A stretch of DNA of 32,012 nucleotides, taken from Fibrobacterota bacterium (GTDB taxonomy: Bacteria > Fibrobacterota > Fibrobacteria > UBA11236). This document shows, piece after piece, positions 1-9,971 of this stretch. Location: NCBI GenBank assembly GCA_043753995.1, contig JAYUVP010000314.1, positions 1-32,012 on the forward strand, written 5' to 3'. Within the stretch, counting starts at the first letter, position 1. Each line of letters opens with the position of its first letter. The translations under genes and the position numbers were made by a program. The notes beneath the pieces were generated by a model that saw nothing but the letters and a program-made list of their open reading frames with translations, had not been told where the DNA came from and searched no databases.

Positions 1-3000
1 GCACGCGCCCGCAGCTTCAATGGAACGTCATCCTATATCAATATGGGCAATCCCCAAATTTATAATAGCACCGCCTATACCCTAATGGCCTGGGTTAAAG
101 GCGCCTCCGCCCAAACCGATAAGCGCATTTTCGGGGAAGGTTCATCGGGAAGTGCAACCCAGATGACTGCTATCGGAACCGATTTTGACGGGACGGACGG
201 TAAGTTCGATTTATTTTATCGCGATAACGACAATACAACTCGTCTGAACCATGTTCAATCCACCGCGTCCCCATTCGACGGTACTTGGCATCACATTGCG
301 GTGACGGATAGTAGCGGTTCCTATGTCCTTTACGTGGACGGGGCGGCAAGCGGTTCGGGAAGTTATACCAAGGTGGCTAGAACCTTCGACCTGTTTACGG
401 TAGGGGCTTTCAGAAACACTTCGACCTTTTCCTATTTCAACGGCTCCATCGACGAGGCCAATGCCATAACCACCAACCTCTCCGCCAGTTGGATCAAGCT
501 CGTCTACGAAACCCAGCGCTACAGCGGCAGCGTCTTTTGGAATAGTCGTGTCGGCCCCAATAACAAGGTGGCTCTGACAGCCAGCGCCAGCAATCCCAAT
601 GGGGGCATTTCGCTTTCTTGGAACAGTTCGGTCTCCGACTCGACCAATGCCGATTCTGTAGGCATTTGGGTGAAATATTCCGCTTATCCTGATTCAGCCA
701 ATGCCGCCTCGACGACCGTGGTCACCCGCCTCGCCAAAACCGACACGACCTATTCCTATCCTGCCAACTATCCCGGCACCTATTACTTCGCTTTGGCCGT
801 TCGCAATACCAACGGCAAATGGTCGCCATTCACTAAGGCAAGCTCGGACACTGCCGTTCTTGCGGGCACATCCTATCCCGATACCATCTATGTCGATTCG
901 GCCATCGGTAGCAATGCGAATTCTTGTGCTTCATCACAAAATCCATCGACACCCAAGCTCACCATCGCTAGCGCCTTGACCTGCGGCGCCAGCGCCAGCG
1001 ATACCTTGGTGGTTCGCGTGATGCGGGGCACCTACACCGATAGCGCCTTCTCCATCACCTCCAAGCCGTCCATCGTTACCTCTTTCGACAACAATTCGCG
1101 CGCGGTGATGAACGGCCAAGGCTCCGGGACCTTGGATGGCGGCGCCCGCCTGTGGACCGTGCTGCTCTATGGCAACATGGGCATCCGCAATCTGGACGTG
1201 AAATGCGCCCTCAACGGCTGGGCGGGGGTTTATGTCACCTCTGCGGACAACATCTTCGTCGAAGGTTGCCGCATCTATCCCGGCTCCAGTAGTAACAGGC
1301 ACAGTATCGGAATCGAAGTGCGCGGCGGAAGCAACCAACACCATTTCGCCAACAACCTCATCTACCGGCCCATCTACTATGGCTTCCTGACAACGGACGA
1401 CAATTCCTTCAACTTTGTGAACAACGTAGTCGTGGGTGACGGCAGCAGCGGCTCGGTGGGATTCTCGTTGGCCAACAGCGCCTTCGCTTCCGATATGACC
1501 TGGTCGAACAATATCTTCGTGAACTGGGATTACGGGATCGTTTCCTGGTCCTACAATATCGGATCCTGCGCGAGCAACCTTTTCTTCGGGGTGACCACCG
1601 GGCACAACGTTACCACGGCCAATTGCACGGGTTCAGTCACCGCCGCCCCTCTTTTCGCGGACACCACGCCGACCGCCCGGCAAGCCTACAAGCTCCTGCC
1701 CGGATCGCCCGCCATCGACGCCGGCTCTTCGACTTACGGTTCCGGGGCCCAAGCCGCGACCCGGCGGACCCCCACCGATCTCTTCGGTTCAAGCCGCACC
1801 TTGAATGGCACCCCCGATATCGGTCTTTACGAAGGCACGGGGTACACCCAAAGCGTCACCGGTGAATTCGATACCCTCGTCACCACCACCACATCCTCCA
1901 CGGTCACAGTGAAAAACAGCAAGTGGAAAATCATTTTCGACAAGGATCGCGGCGGAGGCATCAATTTCTTTTCCGACATGACCGACTCGACCACTAACTT
2001 ACTGGCTTCCAGTTCCTTACTATTCGATGTCACGATTGATAGCTATGTCGCGTCTTCACAAACATCCAATACCATTGCGCCGAGCGTGGCCTTTCAATCC
2101 AAGGCCATGACCCAAGTTTTACAACGGCTGGCCGTTTCGGCCACGCTTGACCTGTATGTTTATTATTCCATTTACGCTTCCGGGCATATCTATGTGCAAT
2201 CGGAGCTCATCAATCTCACCACCAGTTCGGCCAGCGTGGGAACCTATACCTTCAAGGCCAAGGTGGGCACGGCAACAGCAGCCTATTCGAGCAGTACGGG
2301 CAGCAGCGGCTTCGGCTATTTGACGACTTCGACGCGAGACGTTTTTGTCGGCACCACCCAAGCCCTGGATTCGGCGGCGGCGGCAGCAGAAACTTGGACC
2401 ATGTCTTCGGCTTCGGGTGCCAGCGGCTATGTGCAATGGACCACCAGCAATCTCGACGATCCCGCTGGTAAAATGCGCAGGCAGAATCAATTCGTGATTT
2501 ATCTCGGCGAAAGTAGCCTCGATTACAATAAGTCGGCCCTGATTCACGCGGACGCCACTAAGCCCAGCGATTTATCGGTGTATAGCGGCTCACCCCTGCA
2601 TGTGCATAGCTGGCAATCGCAATTGATGGGCCATTGGTCCTTCGACGAAGGCGGAGGCACAACGCTGCGCGACAACTCGGTCTATCAAACCAATAACGGA
2701 ACACTGACTTCTCTCACCTATGTCTCGGGTATTATCGGTGCAGCGGGCAGCTTTACCAATGCAACCGAAATCAGTGTCGCCGACGCCACCACCCTGGAAG
2801 CGCAAACTTCCTTCGCCTTGTCCTTTTGGATGTATCCCGTTTCGGCCTCCATGGCGGGCACGACGCCCTATGTTGTGTGGAAAGGCACGTCAAGCACCGA
2901 CGGCTACAGCGTGCAAAAGGTGTCGGGTCAGAATCGATGGATTTTCCGCATGGGTAGCGGCACAGATACGGTATCGATTCCCGACGCCACCTGGTCGCAT

Positions 3001-5541
3001 CTCGCATTCGTGGTTTCCGGCGGCCAAATCTACGCGTATGTCAACGGCACCTTATTGGCAGCCGGCACCACCACAGCCACCGCGACGGCGAATACCAGCG
3101 CCTTGATTTTCGGTGATGCCACCGGCAGCGACAAATTCTATGGCAAGCTCGACGACATCCGGGTTTATGCGTCCTTGCTGGCAACCGAAGAGGTACAGGC
3201 CGTTCATCGCCAGGGATTCGCCCGCAAGGATGGAGCCTATCACCTAAGGGCCGATAACAATAATCGCGCCGTGGCCGTACTCAATACCAGCGCGGCTGCC
3301 ACGCGTTTTCAACCGGCCTTTCTCATCGACAATTGGTATGCCTCGGCGACGCCCAAATACGTCTATATCGATGGCACTCGTCTTAAGCCGAATGTGGATT
3401 ATACCAGCGCTTTGCAAACCGTGGGCCTTACCGGCATGGGCTATCGCCTATGCCTGCAAGTCAATAAAACCGTGACTTCGCAAAATGCCAATCTCTTCAT
3501 CGACGATGACGACAGCACGGGCTATCAGGGGGTAACCTCCTTGGCACCTAAGCTCACCATGTCTTCCGTCGCGGGCGACTATGTCTCCATACAGAATTTT
3601 TCCGGATCGACATTAGGATCGATTTCCAGCAAACAGTGGTATCTCGAACTCGATCTCAATGGCGGCACGAGTTGGGGAAGCGCCGATGCCACCAGCAAAG
3701 GCTATGGCGGATTCAATGTTTGGAAATCCGCGGCCACCGACCCCGGTTTGGCGATTACTTCCGCGTCTAACCTGGTGACCAGCGACGCTACGGGTGGCTC
3801 GTTTTTGCTTCAGATGAAATACGATAACAGTGGAGCAAAAATGTTCAGTGGCGGCGCTGGCCATGCCAATCCCACCACCTACACCTATACCCTTACCGAC
3901 AGTTCGGCAGTACGACTCTCCCTTGTGATGGATACCTCTTTCTTGCAAAGCTCCGATGGGACGGCGAAGCTTATCAAGCGGTGGACAGTTTACCCCAATG
4001 GGCGAGTATTCGCGAATTTTTCACTTAAGGCCCTGACCTTTAATTTTGATCAGCCACGCATTGACTTTATGGAGCTCACTCGGTCCACGGATTCTGGGAC
4101 ATGGGCTTCGGCAACGACACTGAGTTCGGGCCGGACCGGCCTTTTCCGAGGGCCGCCGAATTTGCACTCCTTTGCGGGAGCCGTGCTCAGCATCAAGAGC
4201 GCGGGAGCGACAACCACGGCGGCCGCAAGCAATCTTTCCGCTGTTGTTCACAATGTCAACGCTGGCGGCGGATATGATCGCATGGAGCTGTATGGCCAAA
4301 CCGGCCTCTTTCAAGCAGCGGACACCATCATCCGGGTCAATTTCGCCATGGACATAGGCCGGGACTTCGCTGATTCAGCCACCGCCGATTCACTCATGCT
4401 TGATTTGCAATCTCCCGCCACCATTACGGCAATCACGGGCTCGAAAATACTCGATGCCTTGGACTTTAGCGGGGACAGCAGTTTCGCCGAAGGCGACGGC
4501 GCCTATGTGTACCAAGCCAATAGTTCGGGCATCGCGCAATTCACCTTCACCACTTCGACGCCCCATTTCTCCCCCGCTTTCCGCATCACGAATTGGTCCC
4601 AAGGCACCTTGCCGGATTATGTCTTTATCAATAATCAATCGCAAAATCTCGGCTACGATTACAATGCCACTATCGACGTCGCCAATTCGACCTTGATTTT
4701 GCAATTCAATAAAACCCTATCAGGTGGCACGAAAACCATATACATCTCGCATAAGAGCGGGCTTGCAGTCACTTTACAACAACTTGCGGCTGCGGGTGGG
4801 CCCGGCGTCGATACCGTATCCTGGGTGACGCAAAGCGAAATCAATAATCTGGGGTATCATGTCTGGCGTCGCGCCAAAGGCTATCGCCTCGATGCCAGTC
4901 TCACGGTTTCAAGCCTGCAGGGCAACTTGGACGGGGCTAAGGTGCGCGAGGGAGAAGCATTCTCCTCCACCTTCGCCCGCTCGGCTGCGGACATACTCGG
5001 AGGCACGGGTAACTCAGACGATACCGTACCGCAATTGCTCGTGAATGCCAATATGCTTGCCAATCAAGGCTGGCGGCGCATCAGCCCCAAATTGATACCG
5101 GGCGCTCCCGAAGGCCGCTCCTCAAGCACGCGTAGCTATGCCTTCATTGACGAAAGCGTCGAAGCCGGTGGCATCTATGAATATGCGCTAGAGGCAATAG
5201 ACTATGAAGGCATAAGCCAGTTTTTCGGCACCGTTTCCGCTTCACCGGAAGAAGCCTTAATTACCGGCCTGCAAGGCGCCTATCCCAATCCATTCAATCC
5301 CATAACCACCTTGCGCTTTACCTTGGCGGCTTCGCAAAAGGTTTCGCTCGTGATTTACAATGCCAATGGTCAAGTCGTGCGTCATTTGATTCGTCCAGAT
5401 CGTCCTTTGCGGCCGGGTCGATACCGCGTCTATTGGGACACCAAAACCGATCAAGGTGGCTGGGCCGCTTCTGGCCCTTATTTCTATCAATTCAAATCCC
5501 TGAAATATATGGCTACCAAGAAAATGATTTTGTTGAAATGA
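1..5541 (+). CDS. Giant secreted multidomain protein, 5'-truncated by the window edge: LamG/concanavalin-like domains, FN3-like domain, right-handed beta-helix with choice-of-anchor-Q-like end, duplicated unknown module, C-terminal T9SS-type/FlgD-Ig sorting domain
   Basis: Frame 1 is open from base 1 (ARARSFNGTSSYINMG...). LamG motifs: WHHIAVT..LYVDG..FNGSIDE and GHWSFDEG..WSHLAFV..YVNG..FYGKLDDIRVY. Beta-helix N/G-rich repeats end in YKLLPGSPAIDAG..DIGLYE. Tail: YPNPFNPITTLRF..IYNANGQVVR..WD..SGPYFYQ..KKMILLK. Confidence 0.88.
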   Translation, partial: ARARSFNGTSSYINMGNPQIYNSTAYTLMAWVKGASAQTDKRIFGEGSSGSATQMTAIGTDFDGTDGKFDLFYRDNDNTTRLNHVQSTASPFDGTWHHIAVTDSSGSYVLYVDGAASGSGSYTKVARTFDLFTVGAFRNTSTFSYFNGSIDEANAITTNLSASWIKLVYETQRYSGSVFWNSRVGPNNKVALTASASNPNGGISLSWNSSVSDSTNADSVGIWVKYSAYPDSANAASTTVVTRLAKTDTTYSYPANYPGTYYFALAVRNTNGKWSPFTKASSDTAVLAGTSYPDTIYVDSAIGSNANSCASSQNPSTPKLTIASALTCGASASDTLVVRVMRGTYTDSAFSITSKPSIVTSFDNNSRAVMNGQGSGTLDGGARLWTVLLYGNMGIRNLDVKCALNGWAGVYVTSADNIFVEGCRIYPGSSSNRHSIGIEVRGGSNQHHFANNLIYRPIYYGFLTTDDNSFNFVNNVVVGDGSSGSVGFSLANSAFASDMTWSNNIFVNWDYGIVSWSYNIGSCASNLFFGVTTGHNVTTANCTGSVTAAPLFADTTPTARQAYKLLPGSPAIDAGSSTYGSGAQAATRRTPTDLFGSSRTLNGTPDIGLYEGTGYTQSVTGEFDTLVTTTTSSTVTVKNSKWKIIFDKDRGGGINFFSDMTDSTTNLLASSSLLFDVTIDSYVASSQTSNTIAPSVAFQSKAMTQVLQRLAVSATLDLYVYYSIYASGHIYVQSELINLTTSSASVGTYTFKAKVGTATAAYSSSTGSSGFGYLTTSTRDVFVGTTQALDSAAAAAETWTMSSASGASGYVQWTTSNLDDPAGKMRRQNQFVIYLGESSLDYNKSALIHADATKPSDLSVYSGSPLHVHSWQSQLMGHWSFDEGGGTTLRDNSVYQTNNGTLTSLTYVSGIIGAAGSFTNATEISVADATTLEAQTSFALSFWMYPVSASMAGTTPYVVWKGTSSTDGYSVQKVSGQNRWIFRMGSGTDTVSIPDATWSHLAFVVSGGQIYAYVNGTLLAAGTTTATATANTSALIFGDATGSDKFYGKLDDIRVYASLLATEEVQAVHRQGFARKDGAYHLRADNNNRAVAVLNTSAAATRFQPAFLIDNWYASATPKYVYIDGTRLKPNVDYTSALQTVGLTGMGYRLCLQVNKTVTSQNANLFIDDDDSTGYQGVTSLAPKLTMSSVAGDYVSIQNFSGSTLGSISSKQWYLELDLNGGTSWGSADATSKGYGGFNVWKSAATDPGLAITSASNLVTSDATGGSFLLQMKYDNSGAKMFSGGAGHANPTTYTYTLTDSSAVRLSLVMDTSFLQSSDGTAKLIKRWTVYPNGRVFANFSLKALTFNFDQPRIDFMELTRSTDSGTWASATTLSSGRTGLFRGPPNLHSFAGAVLSIKSAGATTTAAASNLSAVVHNVNAGGGYDRMELYGQTGLFQAADTIIRVNFAMDIGRDFADSATADSLMLDLQSPATITAITGSKILDALDFSGDSSFAEGDGAYVYQANSSGIAQFTFTTSTPHFSPAFRITNWSQGTLPDYVFINNQSQNLGYDYNATIDVANSTLILQFNKTLSGGTKTIYISHKSGLAVTLQQLAAAGGPGVDTVSWVTQSEINNLGYHVWRRAKGYRLDASLTVSSLQGNLDGAKVREGEAFSSTFARSAADILGGTGNSDDTVPQLLVNANMLANQGWRRISPKLIPGAPEGRSSSTRSYAFIDESVEAGGIYEYALEAIDYEGISQFFGTVSASPEEALITGLQGAYPNPFNPITTLRFTLAASQKVSLVIYNANGQVVRHLIRPDRPLRPGRYRVYWDTKTDQGGWAASGPYFYQFKSLKYMATKKMILLK

Positions 5542-5588
5542 TGGACTGGGACCTACTCATTATAGAGTGACGCCGAGAATCAGCAACT

Positions 5589-7514
5589 TTATCTTTTCAT
5601 TTGAGCTGCCGACCACCACAACAGCAAAGACAAACAGCGCCACAAATAATCAGGATGCTTTTGGGCTAAGTCATCATAATGATCAAAAAGGCGACGGCGA
5701 TTCAAGAATGGAATTTCTTCTCCGGTTTTCCATTGTTCCAAAGTCGGCTTCACCTGCGCAAGCCACGATGCCAGAGGAAAGGGGAAACCCATTTTGACCT
5801 TGCGCCATACGACATCGCTCGGCAGCCAGGGCTCGGCTGCTTTACGCAAGACCCATTTGAGCCAGCCGTCGCGAATCAAATATTCCAGAGGCAAGACACA
5901 AGCCCATTCCACCACGCGATCGTCTAGTAGGGGGAGGCGCACTTCCATGGGCACGCTCATGCAAGAAGTATTTCCCGAGCGCAGCCAATAATTCATTTTG
6001 GTGTCGGCGAGATTATCGAGCAGCCTGTTTTCGATGGAATTCGACGCCGCTGGCAAGTTTTTGCGGCCCAAGTTGAACGGATCGATTTCAGGCGAAGGGG
6101 GATTGCCTTTGATGCGGGCACGCAATGCCGGTGGCAACAATTGCCATAGCGCGCGCAAGCCCTCGCGCATCGAATGATCCGGCCTCTCGCTATTGTGCCA
6201 CGACTCGTTATAGGCCTTCGCGAATTTCCCCTGGGCCAGCAAGTGACGCACATAGGGGCCCAAATACTCCGAAGCATAACCGGCAAATACTTCGTCGCCG
6301 CCGGCACCGTTTAGGCTAACCCTTATGCCTTCGCTGGACATGCGCCGCCAAATATCCTGATTGAGAATCATATTGGGCGAGTGAAAAGGCTCGTCCATGT
6401 GACTTTGAAAGGCAAGCAGTCCGCGCAAAACAGTTTCATGATCGGGCGTCAACACGCGATGCCGCAAGGCCTGCGGCCAAGCTGTGGCAATGCTGACGGC
6501 GAATGGCGTCTCGTCCCAATCGGTGCCGGGAAAGCCAATGGTATAAGCCGACAAAGGGGAAGCGGAAGCCGGGCGCGACTTCGCCGCCAAGACGGCCAAG
6601 GTGGAACTGTCCAAGCCGCCGCTTAATTCGACGCCCACGGGCACGTCGGCACGGAGGCGTAAGGTCATGGCCTCTTGCAAACGAGACTGCAATCCACCGA
6701 TGGCCTCATCCACTCCCAATTCCGAAGCGGGCAAACGCTGTGAAGGCAAGGACCAAAAGGTTTGCGGTGTAAAGGTTCCATCGGGTTTTATCCAGGCATA
6801 GCTGGCACGAGGAAAGGTAAGGAGACCTTGGTAAAAAGTCTCATCGTGAAAATCACGCTGGCCGCCGCGCACGAAGCGCCTTGCCGCCTCGGCATGCATA
6901 GCGAAGGCGGAAGGACCTACACCCGCAAGTACACCCTTGATTTCGGAACACCACCACAAGCGTCCCGCATGGATGGCATAATAGAGCGGCGCCTTGCCCA
7001 TGCGATCGCGCGACAGCAACAAGCCGCGCTGCGAATCCCACAAAGCCAAGGCCCAGAAGCCCCGCAGCTTGGCGAAACAGGCTTCACCCCATTGGCGATA
7101 GGCTGAAAGCAAAACTTCGGCATCGCTTTGCGTGTGAAAAACCTGCCCGGCCTGCTCTAATTCCCGGCGCAATTCGACATAGTTGTAAATCTCGCCATTG
7201 AAGGTGAGCGCCAAGGTTTTATCGCGAGAAAGAAAGGGCTGATGGCCGCCCGGGCTCAAATCAATGATGGCAAAGCGCCTATGCCCCAGGGCCAAATCAT
7301 GCGGCCAATCGGACGGCTTCCATTCCGCCAAATCCCCGGGAGTCATGGGCGTGGGCTTTCCCTGCCAAGCCTGCAAGGCGCTCGTGTCGCGACGAAGGAA
7401 GACAAGGCCTTCACCATCGGGGCCGCGATGGGCCACGGCCGCATTCATGCGCCTTAGGGCCTCGGTGTTTTCAACTAAACCGGAAAAGGAGAAATACCCA
7501 GCAATGCCGCACAT
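5589..7514 (-). CDS. asnB: Asparagine synthase (glutamine-hydrolysing) family class II amidotransferase
   Basis: N-terminal MCGIAG (Cys2 nucleophile), HRGPDGEG, LGHRRFAIIDLS, FNGEIYNY, ELSGGLDSS (ATP pyrophosphatase loop), GAGGDEVFAGY, EVRLPLLD, RKVKMGF. Confidence 0.93.
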   Translation of the reverse strand: MCGIAGYFSFSGLVENTEALRRMNAAVAHRGPDGEGLVFLRRDTSALQAWQGKPTPMTPGDLAEWKPSDWPHDLALGHRRFAIIDLSPGGHQPFLSRDKTLALTFNGEIYNYVELRRELEQAGQVFHTQSDAEVLLSAYRQWGEACFAKLRGFWALALWDSQRGLLLSRDRMGKAPLYYAIHAGRLWWCSEIKGVLAGVGPSAFAMHAEAARRFVRGGQRDFHDETFYQGLLTFPRASYAWIKPDGTFTPQTFWSLPSQRLPASELGVDEAIGGLQSRLQEAMTLRLRADVPVGVELSGGLDSSTLAVLAAKSRPASASPLSAYTIGFPGTDWDETPFAVSIATAWPQALRHRVLTPDHETVLRGLLAFQSHMDEPFHSPNMILNQDIWRRMSSEGIRVSLNGAGGDEVFAGYASEYLGPYVRHLLAQGKFAKAYNESWHNSERPDHSMREGLRALWQLLPPALRARIKGNPPSPEIDPFNLGRKNLPAASNSIENRLLDNLADTKMNYWLRSGNTSCMSVPMEVRLPLLDDRVVEWACVLPLEYLIRDGWLKWVLRKAAEPWLPSDVVWRKVKMGFPFPLASWLAQVKPTLEQWKTGEEIPFLNRRRLFDHYDDLAQKHPDYLWRCLSLLLWWSAAQMKR

Positions 7515-7548
7515 ATGAGCTTGGCAATATTTAGCAACCTGGCTCGAA

Positions 7549-7579
7549 TTCAGGGCAAATTCAGGAAATTTGGCCTGAA
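7549..7579. promoter_or_regulatory. 13-bp inverted repeat between divergent asnB and the histidine kinase gene, possible regulator site
   Basis: TTCAGGGCAAATT-cagga-AATTTGGCCTGAA (1 mismatch between arms); AATTCAGG also occurs twice in direct orientation. Confidence 0.35.
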
Positions 7580-7666
7580 ATATGTGTTCAATCGGCCCTT
7601 ATTTGATTTACTATAAACGCAATTCGCATCACAAGCAAAGACTTGCATAGAGAACGGGGGCCTGCC

Positions 7667-9931
7667 TTGGCCAATAAAATATCGCCCGCGCGAAACGAAT
7701 CGCAATCCCAGATTCGGGCGCTCTTAATCGTTTCCTTGCTGGGCTTTTTTTGCTTGCTTGCCCTCGCATGGAATGTGCTTGAAAAAGTCAAGGTGAATGG
7801 GGCCACCTTCGGCAAAATGACTCAAGGCAAGGATTTGCTCGCCGACATTTTACCCCCACCGGCCTATGCTCTTGATTTGCATGACCTCGCCTTGCTTTTG
7901 CTGAATGAAAACGACACGGCCTCCTCGGCTAGAGCCAAAGATTTTGCCCGGTCTAAAGAATTGATCGATAGCGCGAATCAACGCCATGCCCTTTGGGTCG
8001 CATCCACCTTGCCCGCGCCTTTGCTCGTCAAAGAAAAGGCGGTTTATGTGACAGGTTTTGAATTCGCCGAGCTTTTCAGGCAAAAGCTGCAGCCGCTTTT
8101 GCAAGCCGGAAAGATTCCCGAGGCGCGTGATCTTTTCCGCGCCGTCTTGCACCCCGCCTTTGAAAGGCATCGCTTCGCCGTGAATGACTTGGTCAAGGAC
8201 TTACGCGTTTACAATGCGCAAATCGCGGCGGAGGCCCAAGCCCAAGAGAATAGCGGCAAGACCTTATTATTGGGGTTTTTCTTATGCGTCTCCCTGTTAA
8301 TCGGCGCTTGGAGCGTTCTCATCGCGCGCCGTAGCGCCGAGCGAAGACGGGTGGAATTGCAGCAATTGGAAAGCGAGGAGCAATTTCGCTTCGCCCTCGA
8401 AGCCGCGCAAATGGGCGCTTGGGAATGGAATATTCACACTGACGAAGTCAAATGGTCGGGTAGCGTTGAGGCCATGTTTGGCCTGTGCAAAGGGGAATTC
8501 AAAGAAACCTATTCGGCTTATTTGAATTTGATCCATGTCGACGATCGCAAGTTGGTGGAAAAGACCATAGCCAATACCTTGAGTGGGCAGACGGGTGACT
8601 ATCACATCGAGCATCGCGTTCTCTTTTCCGACGGTTCCTGCCACTGGCTTCAAGGCAATGGCAAGGTTTACCACGACACTAATGGCAATGCCGTACGCAT
8701 GCGTGGGACGGTGGCTGACATCACGGCTCGCAAGATATTGCAACTGGAACGCGAATCTCTCGAAGGCAAATTGCGTCATTCCCAGCGCATGGAAGCGGTG
8801 GGTAAGTTGGCGGGCGGTGTCGCCCATGATTTCAACAATATCCTGACCGGCATCATGGGCTATAGTGAATTAGCGCTCGACGATCTCAACGAGCATCCCG
8901 CCGGAAAAAGCGTGACCGAAATTCTGAACGCGGCCGAGCGGGCCGCCAATCTCACCCGCCAATTGCTGGCCTTTAGCCGAAAACAGGTCTTGCGTCCAGA
9001 AGTGCTTGACATCCTCAAGGTCATCCAGAATCTCCAGGGCATGCTCGATCGCCTGCTTGGATCGCAATTCCGTTTGGTGGTCGAAGACGCTAGCGACATC
9101 CCAGCGGTAAAAGCCGACAAGGGCCAAATGGAGCAGGTCATACTGAACTTGGTGGTGAATGCCCGTGATGCCATGCCTGAGGGCGGCAATATCATCATCT
9201 CGGCCCGGAAGGTCGACAGGGCCGATGTGCATGCCGCCTGGGGCTCCATTGAAGGTCCCGGCAAGGTGCTCATGGTCGCGGTCAGCGATGAAGGCATCGG
9301 CATACCCGCCGAAGTACGCGCCAATCTTTTTCAGCCTTATTTCACCACCAAGGCCGAAGGCAAGGGCACCGGACTTGGACTTTCCACGGTCTATGGAATA
9401 GTGCAGCAAAGCGGAGGCGCCATTGGTCTCGACAGCGAAATCGGCAAAGGCACCACCTTTCGCATTTATTTGCTAGCCGCCGATTCCCATCTCACTGTGG
9501 AAAAAGCGCGTCCAATTCTGGAAATACGCAAGCAAATGCAAGGCACCGTGCTCGTGGCCGAGGACGATGCCCACATCGCGAATCTCATCAAGACCGGTCT
9601 CGAAAGGCATGGACTGCGCGTTTTGTCGGCTGCCAATGCCGAGGAAGCATCAAAACTTTTGGTCGAGAACCATGGCAAGGTCGATTTGCTGCTCACCGAT
9701 GTCATGATGCCTGGCAAAAGCGGGCGTGTATTGGCGGAAGAGACCGCGTTGAAGTGGCCCGATATCAAGGTGCTTTTCATGTCGGGCTTTGCCGCCGATG
9801 AAACCATGCATCAGACCATTGAAAAACTAGGTGCCGACTTGATACACAAGCCATTCTCCCCGGAAATTCTGTATCGCAAGGTCAGTGAGATTCTGTCTGC
9901 CGAGAAGCGCGTAGGCATGGTCGTAGCCTGA
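7667..9931 (+). CDS. Membrane hybrid sensor histidine kinase (periplasmic helical sensor, PAS/PAC, HisKA, HATPase, receiver; CckA-like architecture)
   Basis: Two TM segments; PAS (GAWEWNI..LIHVDDR..IEHRV..WLQGNG); H-box LAGGVAHDFNNILT; N-box QVILNLVVNARDAM; G boxes DEGIGI and FTTKAEGKGTGLGL; REC LLLTDVMMPG..FMSGF..IHKPF. Start uncertain (TTG 7643 or TTG 7667). Confidence 0.92.
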   Translation: MANKISPARNESQSQIRALLIVSLLGFFCLLALAWNVLEKVKVNGATFGKMTQGKDLLADILPPPAYALDLHDLALLLLNENDTASSARAKDFARSKELIDSANQRHALWVASTLPAPLLVKEKAVYVTGFEFAELFRQKLQPLLQAGKIPEARDLFRAVLHPAFERHRFAVNDLVKDLRVYNAQIAAEAQAQENSGKTLLLGFFLCVSLLIGAWSVLIARRSAERRRVELQQLESEEQFRFALEAAQMGAWEWNIHTDEVKWSGSVEAMFGLCKGEFKETYSAYLNLIHVDDRKLVEKTIANTLSGQTGDYHIEHRVLFSDGSCHWLQGNGKVYHDTNGNAVRMRGTVADITARKILQLERESLEGKLRHSQRMEAVGKLAGGVAHDFNNILTGIMGYSELALDDLNEHPAGKSVTEILNAAERAANLTRQLLAFSRKQVLRPEVLDILKVIQNLQGMLDRLLGSQFRLVVEDASDIPAVKADKGQMEQVILNLVVNARDAMPEGGNIIISARKVDRADVHAAWGSIEGPGKVLMVAVSDEGIGIPAEVRANLFQPYFTTKAEGKGTGLGLSTVYGIVQQSGGAIGLDSEIGKGTTFRIYLLAADSHLTVEKARPILEIRKQMQGTVLVAEDDAHIANLIKTGLERHGLRVLSAANAEEASKLLVENHGKVDLLLTDVMMPGKSGRVLAEETALKWPDIKVLFMSGFAADETMHQTIEKLGADLIHKPFSPEILYRKVSEILSAEKRVGMVVA

Positions 9932-9971
9932 TTTTCCCTTAATTTCACTCACCTTTTTGCATTTTACACCC

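Noticed and set aside
5589..7514. AsnB-like protein as a lasso peptide cyclase
   Set aside because: It has an intact Cys2 glutaminase domain, and no B1/B2 (RRE or transglutaminase-like) genes or lasso precursor are nearby
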